Positions 9,232 to 19,150 of a DNA stretch of 64,000 bases are shown here, in pieces (positions within the stretch are counted from its first letter, which is position 1; each line of letters opens with the position of its first letter). Made by a program: the position numbers and the translations under genes. The stretch lies in IMG/VR virus record IMGVR_UViG_3300035670_013167, positions 1 through 64,000 of that record, one strand, 5' to 3'. The DNA is from a virus. Under the pieces are notes generated by a model. That model saw only the letters and a program-made list of their open reading frames with translations, did no database searches and was not told where the DNA came from.

Positions 9232-9836
9232 AGAATTTCTTCTCCAAAAGGAAATTTGTTATCGGAAAGATAGTCAGGAAGTAATAGTTTTTCGCAAATT
9301 ATTTGAGAGTTTTTATTGGCAAAATAACTAGTCCATCCTTTACCAATGCCTTCAAAAGACTCTTCGTTTTTGCTGTCTGCTTTTGTAAAGCCATAAAAAA
9401 ATCTTTGCAAAGCTTGTTTTGTAACACTAGAATATTGATTTTGAAACAAAGTTTTTTCATAATTTACAAAATCATATGAAAGTCCACACCTAAGAAGCAG
9501 AGTGAACAAAGACCTTTTTAAAGAACATTCCATCCAGAATTCTGCTGGCTCTACCCAGAGTGCAAAATTCAGGTTAGTCTTATAAAAATTAGAAAAAACT
9601 ATATTTTGCAAAGCGGCTTTTAAAAGTATTTCTTCTGTTTTTTCTATAAAGGCTATAACATTTTTTTCTTGTTCGTGCCCGCAAGAAAAATAAAGACCTT
9701 TTTGCTTTCTATTGAATTTCTTTGCGAAATTTTCTCTACAAGGCTCCCATTCCAATTCCTCTTTTTCAAGAGCATATTGTCCCGGCGTAGGTTTTTTTCT
9801 AACTTGTTTTGCGTATTTTTTCTCTTCGCTCAACAT
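9222..9836 (-). CDS. Hypothetical phage protein, paralog of 37959..38588
   Basis: Shared motifs WxxCRExF, KRSLFTxLLRCG, RFxxGFT, KGW. Confidence 0.75.
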   Translation of the reverse strand: MLSEEKKYAKQVRKKPTPGQYALEKEELEWEPCRENFAKKFNRKQKGLYFSCGHEQEKNVIAFIEKTEEILLKAALQNIVFSNFYKTNLNFALWVEPAEFWMECSLKRSLFTLLLRCGLSYDFVNYEKTLFQNQYSSVTKQALQRFFYGFTKADSKNEESFEGIGKGWTSYFANKNSQIICEKLLLPDYLSDNKFPFGEEILWA

Positions 9837-9843
9837 GAACAAT

Positions 9844-9872
9844 ATTATAATTATAAAAAAAAGAAACGTCAA
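9844..9872 (-). promoter_or_regulatory. Sigma70 promoter (leaderless arrangement)
   Basis: TTGACG-N17-TATAAT, 7 nt before ATG 9836. Confidence 0.6.
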
Positions 9873-9881
9873 CATTAAGAT

Positions 9882-10472
9882 CTAAAGTTTTCTACTTATA
9901 ACTATTTTTTTAATATAATGCGATGTTTCTTGGATTTTCTTTGTGGCTACTAAATTAAAAGAATAGCTATCTTTGTCATTTGAAAATCTAAAAGAATAAA
10001 CTCCCGATTTGTTTGGCATAATCCAAACATAATGCAAGAAAAAATCTTTTGTTTTTTCTATTAATGAAATGTTTGTATCAAGAAAAACGTTGTAATCTTT
10101 ATAGAAATTAAAACTACAAAAATCGAACTTTTGATTCGATCTAGATAAAAGAACAACCTCTAAAATCTTATTGTAATTTATTTTAATTTTACAAGCATTA
10201 GGATTAATTATCGTTGTAACTTTAGATCCAACATCTAAATAAAAAGACAAAGTCTTTTTATTAATTTCTAAGTTGCCCAAATACATATTAGAAAAATTCC
10301 ACTTTTCTAATATGTCATCTCTAATTGTGAGCGTGTTGTCTTTTAATTTGAGATATTTGCTATAATTTTTTATTGATAAACTTTCATTAAATAAAACTTT
10401 TTGATATGGCCTTAGATTATAAGAACACAAAGAAGAAGAAACATGATTTATTATTATATTTTTATAACTCAT
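9882..10472 (-). CDS. Hypothetical protein
   Basis: 196-aa ORF in co-directional array. Confidence 0.65.
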   Translation of the reverse strand: MSYKNIIINHVSSSLCSYNLRPYQKVLFNESLSIKNYSKYLKLKDNTLTIRDDILEKWNFSNMYLGNLEINKKTLSFYLDVGSKVTTIINPNACKIKINYNKILEVVLLSRSNQKFDFCSFNFYKDYNVFLDTNISLIEKTKDFFLHYVWIMPNKSGVYSFRFSNDKDSYSFNLVATKKIQETSHYIKKIVISRKL

Positions 10473-11041
10473 GAGTTAATAATTTTTGCAAGCCAATACG
10501 AATAATTTTTTATGTTGTCTTCTATTGTTTTCCAAGAATAATAAACAGAACAAAATTCTTTTTTTAGCAGTTCAGAAAATTTATTAATATTTTTTATTTT
10601 TTTTGAATTAGAAATAGATTCATCTAAAGTTGGATAAATTAAATTAGGACTTATATTTTCTCCTAAAACAAAATCATTATAAATAAGAAAAGTTTTCCAA
10701 CCAATTATAAACACTAGATCCGGGTCGCATATAGAATTTTTTTTAGATTTTAAATTTTCAATAATATAATTTTCATATTCTTCAAACTCTAAATCTAAAA
10801 TATATTTTACATTTAACTTTCTACTAATAGAGCTAGGCTCACTTTCTTGAATAAAAAATCTACAGGGTTGATTATTTGAACAAATTTTAGATATACTTAA
10901 CAAATTATAATGATCTTTTTTTAAAAAAACAAAAGATCTAGAGTTGTACCTAACTAAGTGATCAATATTGTAATTTGTTCTTTTTGCGTATTCTTCGTAA
11001 ATATACATTATTTCAATATTGATTCTGCTTTTTTCAAACAA
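10469..11041 (-). CDS. Hypothetical protein
   Basis: 190-aa ORF; start uncertain. Confidence 0.6.
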   Translation of the reverse strand: MFEKSRINIEIMYIYEEYAKRTNYNIDHLVRYNSRSFVFLKKDHYNLLSISKICSNNQPCRFFIQESEPSSISRKLNVKYILDLEFEEYENYIIENLKSKKNSICDPDLVFIIGWKTFLIYNDFVLGENISPNLIYPTLDESISNSKKIKNINKFSELLKKEFCSVYYSWKTIEDNIKNYSYWLAKIINS

Positions 11042-11229
11042 ATAAAATCATTAGTTTTTGTCCATTTTTTATTAGAATCGTCCCAATAAAAAGGACAAGA
11101 AGGCACGGCCTCAAGAATTTCAAATAGCTCTACGGCGGTTTCGGATTTTTCCAAAGAACGATGAAAAACCAATGGATTTAAATTTTTATGTCTTTCTTTC
11201 AATCCGCTAATAATATTTTCTTCAATCAT
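11008..11229 (-). CDS. Hypothetical protein
   Basis: 73-aa ORF overlapping its neighbours. Confidence 0.65.
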   Translation of the reverse strand: MIEENIISGLKERHKNLNPLVFHRSLEKSETAVELFEILEAVPSCPFYWDDSNKKWTKTNDFICLKKAESILK

Positions 11230-11476
11230 TTGCTTTGCTATAAATGAAACAAGCTAAAACTCCGCCCAATATGCCCAAAACAATTCCAGATGGTTGAAAA
11301 GGGTTTCCGTTACCTGTTAGAAAGAACTTGATAAAGCCTCCTATAAAAGAACCAAAAACACCAACTAATAACGTTGGTAAAAATCCTGTTGGCACTCTGC
11401 CTTTGTATATGGATTTTGATACCAATCCAACTAAAACACCATAAATCAACCACCCAAGCAAAATAAACAAGTCCAT
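11222..11476 (-). CDS. GlsB/YeaQ/YmgE (transglycosylase-associated) membrane protein
   Basis: W.I.GVLVGLVSK.I..G, TLLVGVFGSFIGG, GILGG; three Gly-rich TM segments. Confidence 0.8.
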   Translation of the reverse strand: MDLFILLGWLIYGVLVGLVSKSIYKGRVPTGFLPTLLVGVFGSFIGGFIKFFLTGNGNPFQPSGIVLGILGGVLACFIYSKAND

Positions 11477-11478
11477 TT

Positions 11479-12276
11479 TTATCTCCTATTAATTTTAATA
11501 TAATCTTTCGGAGTTTTATTATTTTTTAAATCTTCCAAAAGATTAACACAATATCTACTCAAAGTATTTTGAAATTTTTCTTCATTATCAAAACCATAAC
11601 AAGAAAGATTTTTTTTCTTCAAATATTCAATGAAATTTTCTTGTCCATATTCTTTTCTCATAAGAAGACAAACAACACCAGCCTGCACGTCTGTCATGCT
11701 TTTTGAAAATTCAATATCTAATATTGAATCTTTATTTTGTAAAATATTATTTTTAATAAATTCAAAATCTCGACTTAGAAAACACATGCCCTGATTGCAG
11801 AAATCAGGGATTTCATTAGCCAATCCATACTCAGCAAGACAAATTTTCATAATCTCAGCCGTAGGCATATTTTTATCTTCTAAAGAAAACCAAATTGCAC
11901 TAAGTTGGATTTTACCATCTTTATTTTTTCTAATTTCAAATTTAGAATTTTCTAATTTAAATATTCTTTTTAATAATTCTTTATTAGAAACACAAACAAT
12001 TTTACAGTCTCCAGTAAAATCAAAATCATCTAATCCCCATCTTGTAATCAACCATGTTTTAGTTTTTTCTATATTGTTTTTTAAATACAATCCTTGATCT
12101 TTATCAATACTTATGATTATAAAATTTTTTGTATTCCACTTATTCCAAACCAAACCTCGCAAATCTTCAGGTATTTCTGGAGCGCTTGCTTTAGTTTGAT
12201 TTGGAAACGGAACAGCTTCTTGAGCACAAGCAAACGAAGAAAGTAAAACAAAAAACAAAAAATAAAACAATTTCAT
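11479..12276 (-). CDS. Secreted hypothetical protein
   Basis: Signal peptide MKLFYFLFFVLLSSFACAQ; AAGGA SD. Confidence 0.7.
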   Translation of the reverse strand: MKLFYFLFFVLLSSFACAQEAVPFPNQTKASAPEIPEDLRGLVWNKWNTKNFIIISIDKDQGLYLKNNIEKTKTWLITRWGLDDFDFTGDCKIVCVSNKELLKRIFKLENSKFEIRKNKDGKIQLSAIWFSLEDKNMPTAEIMKICLAEYGLANEIPDFCNQGMCFLSRDFEFIKNNILQNKDSILDIEFSKSMTDVQAGVVCLLMRKEYGQENFIEYLKKKNLSCYGFDNEEKFQNTLSRYCVNLLEDLKNNKTPKDYIKINRR

Positions 12277-12289
12277 AAATTTTTCCTTC

Positions 12290-12571
12290 TTAGTAATTAT
12301 ATGCATATGTGTCTTCTAAGTAAATACAAGTTTTATTTTTTCTAATAAAATCACAAATTTCACCTGAAATTCTTATTTTTGCATAAGAAAAAAAAGAACA
12401 ATTGCGTTTATTATCAAATCTAATTGCAGCATCTACTAAGCCCATATAGGCCGCAGATTTTAGTTCTTCAAAAGTAATATTTTTTGAAACAAATTTGTTT
12501 TTTTGAAATGCCAATTTGTTTGCAAGAGGTATATAATTAGTTATTAATTCGTTTCTTTCTTTTATAGTCAT
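12290..12571 (-). CDS. Minimal sigma-70 region-2-only protein (FliA/WhiG-like)
   Basis: RNELITNYIPLA, ELKSAAYMGLVDAAIRFD, FFSYAKIRISGEICDFIRK; no region 4. Confidence 0.8.
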   Translation of the reverse strand: MTIKERNELITNYIPLANKLAFQKNKFVSKNITFEELKSAAYMGLVDAAIRFDNKRNCSFFSYAKIRISGEICDFIRKNKTCIYLEDTYAYNY

Positions 12572-12607
12572 TTTTCTCCGTTATTGTTAGTTGTTAGAAA
12601 GTTAATA

Positions 12608-13468
12608 TTATATATGATTTTTAGCTATTTTTTTCCATTTTTTAGTCGTATTGTAATTCAACAATCTATTAAAAAACCATTTTTTGTTATTGTTATCAGA
12701 TACTCCCAATATATCAACCAAAGAATTAACATTCGAAACGCAATAAAGATTATCAGGCATTTTTCTAAACTTAATATTTTCGACAAAATTAACAAACAAT
12801 AAAACCCAATTCTTTATGTCAATATAATTAAAAGTCCCTTCTGGGAATCTAAATTCTACTGTAGGCCTGCTGCATCGTAGATATGGCATTTGCAAGTAAG
12901 CGGCATAATTAACCAAATTCATGGTAACTCTTTTGTCTTTATTATTATGAATAGATAAGTTTTTCGGACCGTAACAATCCCAAAAATCTAGCGGATGCCA
13001 AGATTGTTTTTTAGTTAATATTTTTTTTTCAATTACTTTGCAATATTTGTTTTTTAATCTAAAAAAAGGAACAGTTCTTAGGACTATTTTTTCTACCTTT
13101 ATCCAATAAGCCAATAAAACGGCTGCTTGTTCTAGGTTGTAGTCAGAAATATCAACGTGAACATGAAGGCCACAATCCTCGCCGCAAACTAGTCCTGACA
13201 AAGAAAGAGCTTTAGAAACAGAACATATCTCTAAAAGATCTTTTTTGCCACTAGCCTTAAAGGAAGCAATTTCCCATCCTTTTGGAAATCCTCCTCCACA
13301 AGTCGAATCGGTTTTTACATGCCAAAAATCATTCCCAATAGATTGCTTCCATTTGGTCTTTAAGATTCTTCTAGAAGAATTCTTATTAATTATTTCTACA
13401 ATTTCGTCAATAGAAATTGAAGGATGAGACTCTAATTCAACACCAAAAAATCTAGAAGAAAGATTCAT
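12608..13468 (-). CDS. Putative amidoligase (Amidoligase_2-like)
   Basis: FGVELE, WHVKTDSTC, WEIAS, CGLHVHVD, TVEFR. Confidence 0.85.
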   Translation of the reverse strand: MNLSSRFFGVELESHPSISIDEIVEIINKNSSRRILKTKWKQSIGNDFWHVKTDSTCGGGFPKGWEIASFKASGKKDLLEICSVSKALSLSGLVCGEDCGLHVHVDISDYNLEQAAVLLAYWIKVEKIVLRTVPFFRLKNKYCKVIEKKILTKKQSWHPLDFWDCYGPKNLSIHNNKDKRVTMNLVNYAAYLQMPYLRCSRPTVEFRFPEGTFNYIDIKNWVLLFVNFVENIKFRKMPDNLYCVSNVNSLVDILGVSDNNNKKWFFNRLLNYNTTKKWKKIAKNHI

Positions 13469-13474
13469 GCTGTA

Positions 13475-13675
13475 TTAATTTAAATCCACCAGTCCGCTGT
13501 CTTCTTTTTGAGGAGAATTACTTCTATTATCTTTGATATAATAAAAATCCTCCAAATCTTTAGATAATTTTTTAATGGAATCGGCCAACTTGACGACAAA
13601 ATTAGATAGTGTCAATAAAAAAACTAAATTTAAAAAACTAAAAAACAAAATTGTATAAACAAAATAATCCAACAT
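13475..13675 (-). CDS. Small membrane protein
   Basis: N-terminal TM helix; GAGG SD. Confidence 0.65.
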   Translation of the reverse strand: MLDYFVYTILFFSFLNLVFLLTLSNFVVKLADSIKKLSKDLEDFYYIKDNRSNSPQKEDSGLVDLN

Positions 13676-13718
13676 TTCAATCCTCTAAAAAATTAGATTT
13701 TTATTATAATCTATTTGA

Positions 13719-16067
13719 CTATGGATTTTCAATAGTAACAGAACAGCCATCAAATATTGCTTGGTCAATATTTGTGATGGGAGCATTGAAATTTATTTTA
13801 AATTCAGGGAAAGTTCCTCTAACAAATGGTCTAGAAACAGAACTAGACGCAGGACTGCTTGTGTTGTTAGAACAATACCTTGGTCTAGCGGGCGAATAAT
13901 CTATTCTATTTCCCCAGAAATTATTTGAAAATAATCCAATATCGTCTACGAGTTTGTAGAAATCTGTCTGCTCGTTGTCTATAAAAACTAAATTTTCGAT
14001 ATTGTTATAAGTTATTATTGTAGAAACTTGATCTTGTTCGTTTTGACAAATTTTATTTGAGTTTATATTAACAATAAAATTAGTAAATAAAACTTTGTTA
14101 GATTTGTAATATTTTACTAATAAATTAAATTTTAAATAAGAATCATCGAATTGTTGATTTTCTATGATATTTGTACAAGACAGTTCAGATATAAATTGCC
14201 AAGTAACAGGCTGACCCTCTTCGGATAGCCCTTGTATCGAGGTAGAATTACTCCAAGAACTTCTACTACTTTTATATCTTAACAAGAAGTTATTTTCAAA
14301 ATTCACAAGAGGATTTCTTACTAAGAATTTTGAAAAAACACCTGTAAATTGTAAATTATGATCCAATGCCAAATTCAAAGAAGAACTACACCCGCAAACA
14401 GTGACAACACCAGAGTTTATGCTTAGGTTACTTTGATTTTGCTGATTCGCAGTAATCTCTGAGTCTATTTGTAAATTTAAATAAGAAAAACGCAAGTTCG
14501 CATTGGCAACAAGCAAGCCAAAATTAGTAAAATTCAAATCCGCTATGCCTTCTAAATCAATAGAATCTCCAATTGAATTATAAATTCGATTTGGAGAAAC
14601 AATTTCGGCAGAACCGTGCAGCTCTATAGAACCAGAAAAATTAAACGCCGAATTGCTATTTGCACTTGCTGATCCGCCAGTGTTTAAAAAGGCAATTGAA
14701 TTATAACACCTTCCTATCTTAAAACTATTATTGAATATATAAATAGATCCTGAGCCTGTATACCCCCAAGCTGAACTCAATAGTTCCGCATTTCCCGCTG
14801 TAGAGAAAGATCCAGAAGATTGATAATTGTAATAAGTCGATTCTAAATTTTCTAAAGAACTATCAATAACAATAAAGCCTTCGGGATCATAAATAAAGTT
14901 TTGATCAGTGTTGAGTTCGGCAGAACCATCAACTTCTAATACCGCGATGGATTCTTGATTTACTATAAATAAAATATTTGTGTTAGAGTCAATTTGCAAA
15001 ATAACACTTGGTTCATAAAAATACTTGGGAGAAATAAAGTCCTGTATCGCTCCGGAAATCTGGATAGAGCCATCAAAATTTCTTATAAAAGGATTTATAT
15101 AAAATTCAATTTGAGATTGTAAAGATAGCTCAACATCAGAATTTATTGAAAATATAGGAGAAGAAAAATTGGCCGAGCCAGATAAAGAAATAAATCCAGA
15201 TCCTAATTGATCGAGATATAAGGTTTGAGCACCTCCTGATAAAGACAAGCCTCCAATAAATTCATGATAAAAAATATCAAATACAACAGACATCTCAAAT
15301 TGAATATTGGTCGTATTTTCTTTTGTAAAATCAAAATCAAGACAAAAATCCAAACAAGAAGGCGAGTTGCAAAATTCTTCTTCTACAAGTAAAGACCTAA
15401 CGCCCGATCCTATTATTGGATCGACATATCTCTTAATTGATATTAATTTAAAATCAACACTTGGGCCTAATTTTGGATTTTTTAATATAGAACAAACTTC
15501 GTCCACACTTCTAGCAGCTATTGCCGTTAGCATAGAAACTTTGCCATACCCACACTTGGGATCTTTAAATTTTTCATCAAAAACTTCATTAGAGTATATT
15601 GCATCTTCATTTTCGTATTCTGAGGAATGTCTTGAACAAGCAAAAACCCTATACCAATAATAATTATTAGAATTTATATTCCATTGAGAATCAAAGGATA
15701 AATTAAAATCAGGATCTCCAGTTCCGTATGCTATAAATTGCGACTGCAAATCAAAATTCAAACTGGCATTGTAACTTCTTAAATTCGTAGAAGATAATTT
15801 TATTCCACCACGGGCAATATAGTCAGAAATATAATATGTAGAAGAGCCAAAAGAACCAATAGATCCAGAACCAATATGATAAAATTGAACTTTCGCCGGG
15901 ATGTTTGAAGACAAATTAATATTTACAATTGAATCAAATATCCAATATACACTGTAATACTGATAACTTGTTACATTAATATAAGATCTACTTTCGAATA
16001 CGTTATTGTATAAAACATATTCGGAGTTACCAGTTATGTGTATAAAACCTTGTGATTCAAATTGCAT
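13719..16067 (-). CDS. Large Gly/Ser-rich beta-repeat protein, probable virion structural protein
   Basis: 782 aa with recurring GSIxLxGSA-type strands and Cys clusters. Confidence 0.65.
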   Translation of the reverse strand: MQFESQGFIHITGNSEYVLYNNVFESRSYINVTSYQYYSVYWIFDSIVNINLSSNIPAKVQFYHIGSGSIGSFGSSTYYISDYIARGGIKLSSTNLRSYNASLNFDLQSQFIAYGTGDPDFNLSFDSQWNINSNNYYWYRVFACSRHSSEYENEDAIYSNEVFDEKFKDPKCGYGKVSMLTAIAARSVDEVCSILKNPKLGPSVDFKLISIKRYVDPIIGSGVRSLLVEEEFCNSPSCLDFCLDFDFTKENTTNIQFEMSVVFDIFYHEFIGGLSLSGGAQTLYLDQLGSGFISLSGSANFSSPIFSINSDVELSLQSQIEFYINPFIRNFDGSIQISGAIQDFISPKYFYEPSVILQIDSNTNILFIVNQESIAVLEVDGSAELNTDQNFIYDPEGFIVIDSSLENLESTYYNYQSSGSFSTAGNAELLSSAWGYTGSGSIYIFNNSFKIGRCYNSIAFLNTGGSASANSNSAFNFSGSIELHGSAEIVSPNRIYNSIGDSIDLEGIADLNFTNFGLLVANANLRFSYLNLQIDSEITANQQNQSNLSINSGVVTVCGCSSSLNLALDHNLQFTGVFSKFLVRNPLVNFENNFLLRYKSSRSSWSNSTSIQGLSEEGQPVTWQFISELSCTNIIENQQFDDSYLKFNLLVKYYKSNKVLFTNFIVNINSNKICQNEQDQVSTIITYNNIENLVFIDNEQTDFYKLVDDIGLFSNNFWGNRIDYSPARPRYCSNNTSSPASSSVSRPFVRGTFPEFKINFNAPITNIDQAIFDGCSVTIENP

Positions 16068-16068
16068 A

Positions 16069-18006
16069 TTATTCGCCTATTTTCTCAAGTATTCTCGATA
16101 TTACAGGATTTCTTATTATGTCTGTTTTGTCTAATTGAAAAGTTCCGACATCTTTAATTCCTTTTAATTTATCAAGCCAATAATACAAACCAGATTTTCC
16201 ATTTGGCAAATCTGATTGCTTGTCATCACCCACAAGAACCGCCTTACTGTTAAATCCTACTCTGGTTATGAATAGCTTAATTTGCTCTTTTGTGCAGTTT
16301 TGACATTCATCAAGAATCATGTAAGAATCATGGTAATTCATGCCTCTCATATAAGCCAAAGGAGCAATGACTATTTCATTTTCACCTCGTCTATTAATTC
16401 CATTATTTATAAATGTTTCTAATTCTTGCTTGCTAAGATAGTGAGATAATTCATAATAAATTGGTTGCAAATAAGGATCTAATTTTTCAGAAAAAGTATT
16501 GTGTGTGACTATGAAATCGTCGGTTATATATAAGTGTTCTGGGTTTTCTACCATTATACATTGAACTTCATCAAATCTAGCTTTTTCTATTGATATTACT
16601 TCTAGTTTTGAAACATTTTTACCCTTAAATCTCTCTGCTTTTCTTTTAATATAAAAAGGATTGATATCTTTCGTCATGTAAATTGAGACCTCGTATGAAA
16701 TTCTTTTTGCTTTAATAAAATTATTTTTAGTCTCTTTTCTTCTATCTCTTATTCTTAATTTTGCTTTTCCTCCCAAAGATCTAACTATTTCAATAACATC
16801 TTCAGCAAGACTTATAGAAGTTGTATAAAAATTAACTTGATCAGCAGATCTTTTTCTACAAGACCCATCTGTGTCTAGTAGCCCTCGAAGGATATCTATT
16901 CTATCTTGAATGCTTGAGTATTTATAATCAAAAGGAATAAACTTATCCCAGGCTTTTTTTCCATACAAACCAGAATCTCTAAAAAATTTCAACACAGGAT
17001 TTTTCCATGATTCTCCATTTTTTTCATATTTAAACCCATTGACAGTAGCTCCATAAAAAACTCTTGTGCTTAATGTTTTATAACCGCAATCAACAAATTC
17101 TAAAGCTTTTTTATTAGTAGGAAAATAATAAGAATTTTTGGTTTTAATTTCAGTAATTTTTACGGGTTTTGCACTTTCAATATATCCATCTATACTTGAA
17201 ATTGTATAAATACAAGCTTTACTATATTGTTTTTTAGCTTTTTTACAGAATAGTCCAATCGCTTTTATTTCATCATTTACTCTGTCAACTATTTCTTGAT
17301 CCGCGCTTGCGAATCTAACATGGGTTCCTTCTACGCAACCATCTCCAAGCATCACTCCTAAAGTATAAGGAGGAACAGGCAAATGTTTTTTTTCAAAATG
17401 AACTGCTTCATTTCTCGGAATAAAATGTCTTATGCCATTTTTGATATCAAACATAATATCTCTTGTTAATCTAACTTTACCTTTTTGTTTTTTATTTTTT
17501 TCCTCTTTTGTTTGCGTGTACCAAAGATGATCCTCACAACAAGATGTAGAAGTGCCATCAGAAGTAAATAAATTATATACGTCTTTTTTGCCCTTAGGAT
17601 ATATTTCCAAAATTTTTGTTGGAAGGCCGTCTCTACCTATAATAAAATCTCCCACTTTAACTTCTCTCATGGTAGTCCAGCCATTTTGTGTTAACAATCT
17701 AGCATCTAGTGGTTGAGGACCTGGGAGATAGCCCATGCTTGGACCAGATTCTACGACAGGCCTTGTTATAATTAATTTTTTATAATATCCATTTAGTAGT
17801 TTTTCTATTCCATAAGCAACGGCCAACTTTGTTTTTCCACTGCCCGCTGGCCCTGTTGCTAAAGTGACGGTATTTTCCGCTAAAGTCACTATTAGGTCCT
17901 CTTGATTTTTTGTTTTAGGTTTTAGCAAAGATCTTGTTTTGCATTGTTGTACATTAGCTTGTTTGTTTTGCTGACTTTCTTTTTTATTTCTTTTAGGTCT
18001 AGGCAT
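16069..18006 (-). CDS. phoH: PhoH-family ATPase containing an intein
   Basis: GPAGSGKT, ITRPVVE, GYLPG|...|TFSEKLDPY, PLAYMRG, ILDECQN, GDDKQSDL. Confidence 0.95.
   Translation of the reverse strand: MPRPKRNKKESQQNKQANVQQCKTRSLLKPKTKNQEDLIVTLAENTVTLATGPAGSGKTKLAVAYGIEKLLNGYYKKLIITRPVVESGPSMGYLPGPQPLDARLLTQNGWTTMREVKVGDFIIGRDGLPTKILEIYPKGKKDVYNLFTSDGTSTSCCEDHLWYTQTKEEKNKKQKGKVRLTRDIMFDIKNGIRHFIPRNEAVHFEKKHLPVPPYTLGVMLGDGCVEGTHVRFASADQEIVDRVNDEIKAIGLFCKKAKKQYSKACIYTISSIDGYIESAKPVKITEIKTKNSYYFPTNKKALEFVDCGYKTLSTRVFYGATVNGFKYEKNGESWKNPVLKFFRDSGLYGKKAWDKFIPFDYKYSSIQDRIDILRGLLDTDGSCRKRSADQVNFYTTSISLAEDVIEIVRSLGGKAKLRIRDRRKETKNNFIKAKRISYEVSIYMTKDINPFYIKRKAERFKGKNVSKLEVISIEKARFDEVQCIMVENPEHLYITDDFIVTHNTFSEKLDPYLQPIYYELSHYLSKQELETFINNGINRRGENEIVIAPLAYMRGMNYHDSYMILDECQNCTKEQIKLFITRVGFNSKAVLVGDDKQSDLPNGKSGLYYWLDKLKGIKDVGTFQLDKTDIIRNPVISRILEKIGE
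16498..17718 (-). mobile_element. Class-3-type intein with LAGLIDADG homing endonuclease (407 aa)
   Basis: Begins PQPLDA (no Cys/Ser1); EDHLW, VQCIMV, IVTHN|T; LGVMLGDG and LRGLLDTDG. Confidence 0.88.
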
Positions 18007-18067
18007 ATTTTTTTTCCTATAAAAAGGTGTATATTATTTATTCAAATAAAAAGCATAAATAAAATAT

Positions 18068-19150
18068 ATGAATTTTAAAAAATGGTTTTTATTAAAAGAA
18101 AATAATATTGAAAAAATGCAAATAGACTCAAATGAAATTTTGTTTTTTCAATATGCTCCTCAAATACAAATACATTCCGGCTTAGGAAGTATAGATAAAG
18201 AATATTTCGTTAAGCTTTTTAATGAAGAAAAGTCTTTATCAAAAATAAAAGAATTCGTGCATTCTTATGTGAAAAACGACCCAAGTGGGGAAAGGCTTGG
18301 CTGTCGATTGGTTGTTTATAATAATGGCGACATAGTGCTTGGAAAAGCGATGAATCATGTTTATCTAATTTATCAACCAAACGGACAAGGAAGACCAAAC
18401 ACAGAAGGGTATTTTGATTTCAATAATCAAAAAATAACACTTTCAGAATCTAATGATAAAGAGTCTTTCCAAAAAATATCAGTTTGGAAAAAAATATTAA
18501 ATAATTTGATAAAATCTGGTCTGATTAATAAAAACTGGCGGGTTGTTGGTTGTCCGCCGAGTTGCGAAAAAGATTCGAACGCGAAAGTCCAAGACATATT
18601 GAATCAAAAAAATAACATACAAAATTCATCAGAAGATTCTTTAAAGAAAAAGGAAACAGATGCTTTGGTTCGATCTTTTATGACACAGCAAGCAATTCAA
18701 AATAAAAATTCAAACATGATGGGATACATGTACAGATACGGTGAAAGCAATGAAAACAAAGATGTTAATAAAACTCTTAGAAAATTGCCGAAAGATCATT
18801 TCGATCTAATAAAAAAATATAAAATACAATTCGAGCCAAATAACACCCTCAAAGGCGACTCGGATCACATAGGCTTCATAGATGAAGAAAAGAAAAAAAT
18901 AAAAGTTGCCGCTCCATGGCGTTATGGACGAGAATTTACGCTATTACACGAAATTGCCCATGCAGTTTGGAAATACAAAGTGTCCGAAGAGAAGAAAAAA
19001 GAATGGAGCAAAATAATCAAGAATACTAAAAACAAACAAAAACAAAATAACGAAGAGTTATTTTGCATGGCGTATGCAAACTACTATTCAAGACACAAAG
19101 TTGAAATTCACAACCATGAAAAATGGAATAATTTTATAAAATCGCTCTAA
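18068..19150 (+). CDS. Protein with capsid-targeting-like N-terminus and C-terminal HEXXH zincin-like domain
   Basis: MNFKKWFLLKE; TLLHEIAHAVW...EELFC; CATAAATA 6 nt upstream. Confidence 0.75.
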   Translation: MNFKKWFLLKENNIEKMQIDSNEILFFQYAPQIQIHSGLGSIDKEYFVKLFNEEKSLSKIKEFVHSYVKNDPSGERLGCRLVVYNNGDIVLGKAMNHVYLIYQPNGQGRPNTEGYFDFNNQKITLSESNDKESFQKISVWKKILNNLIKSGLINKNWRVVGCPPSCEKDSNAKVQDILNQKNNIQNSSEDSLKKKETDALVRSFMTQQAIQNKNSNMMGYMYRYGESNENKDVNKTLRKLPKDHFDLIKKYKIQFEPNNTLKGDSDHIGFIDEEKKKIKVAAPWRYGREFTLLHEIAHAVWKYKVSEEKKKEWSKIIKNTKNKQKQNNEELFCMAYANYYSRHKVEIHNHEKWNNFIKSL

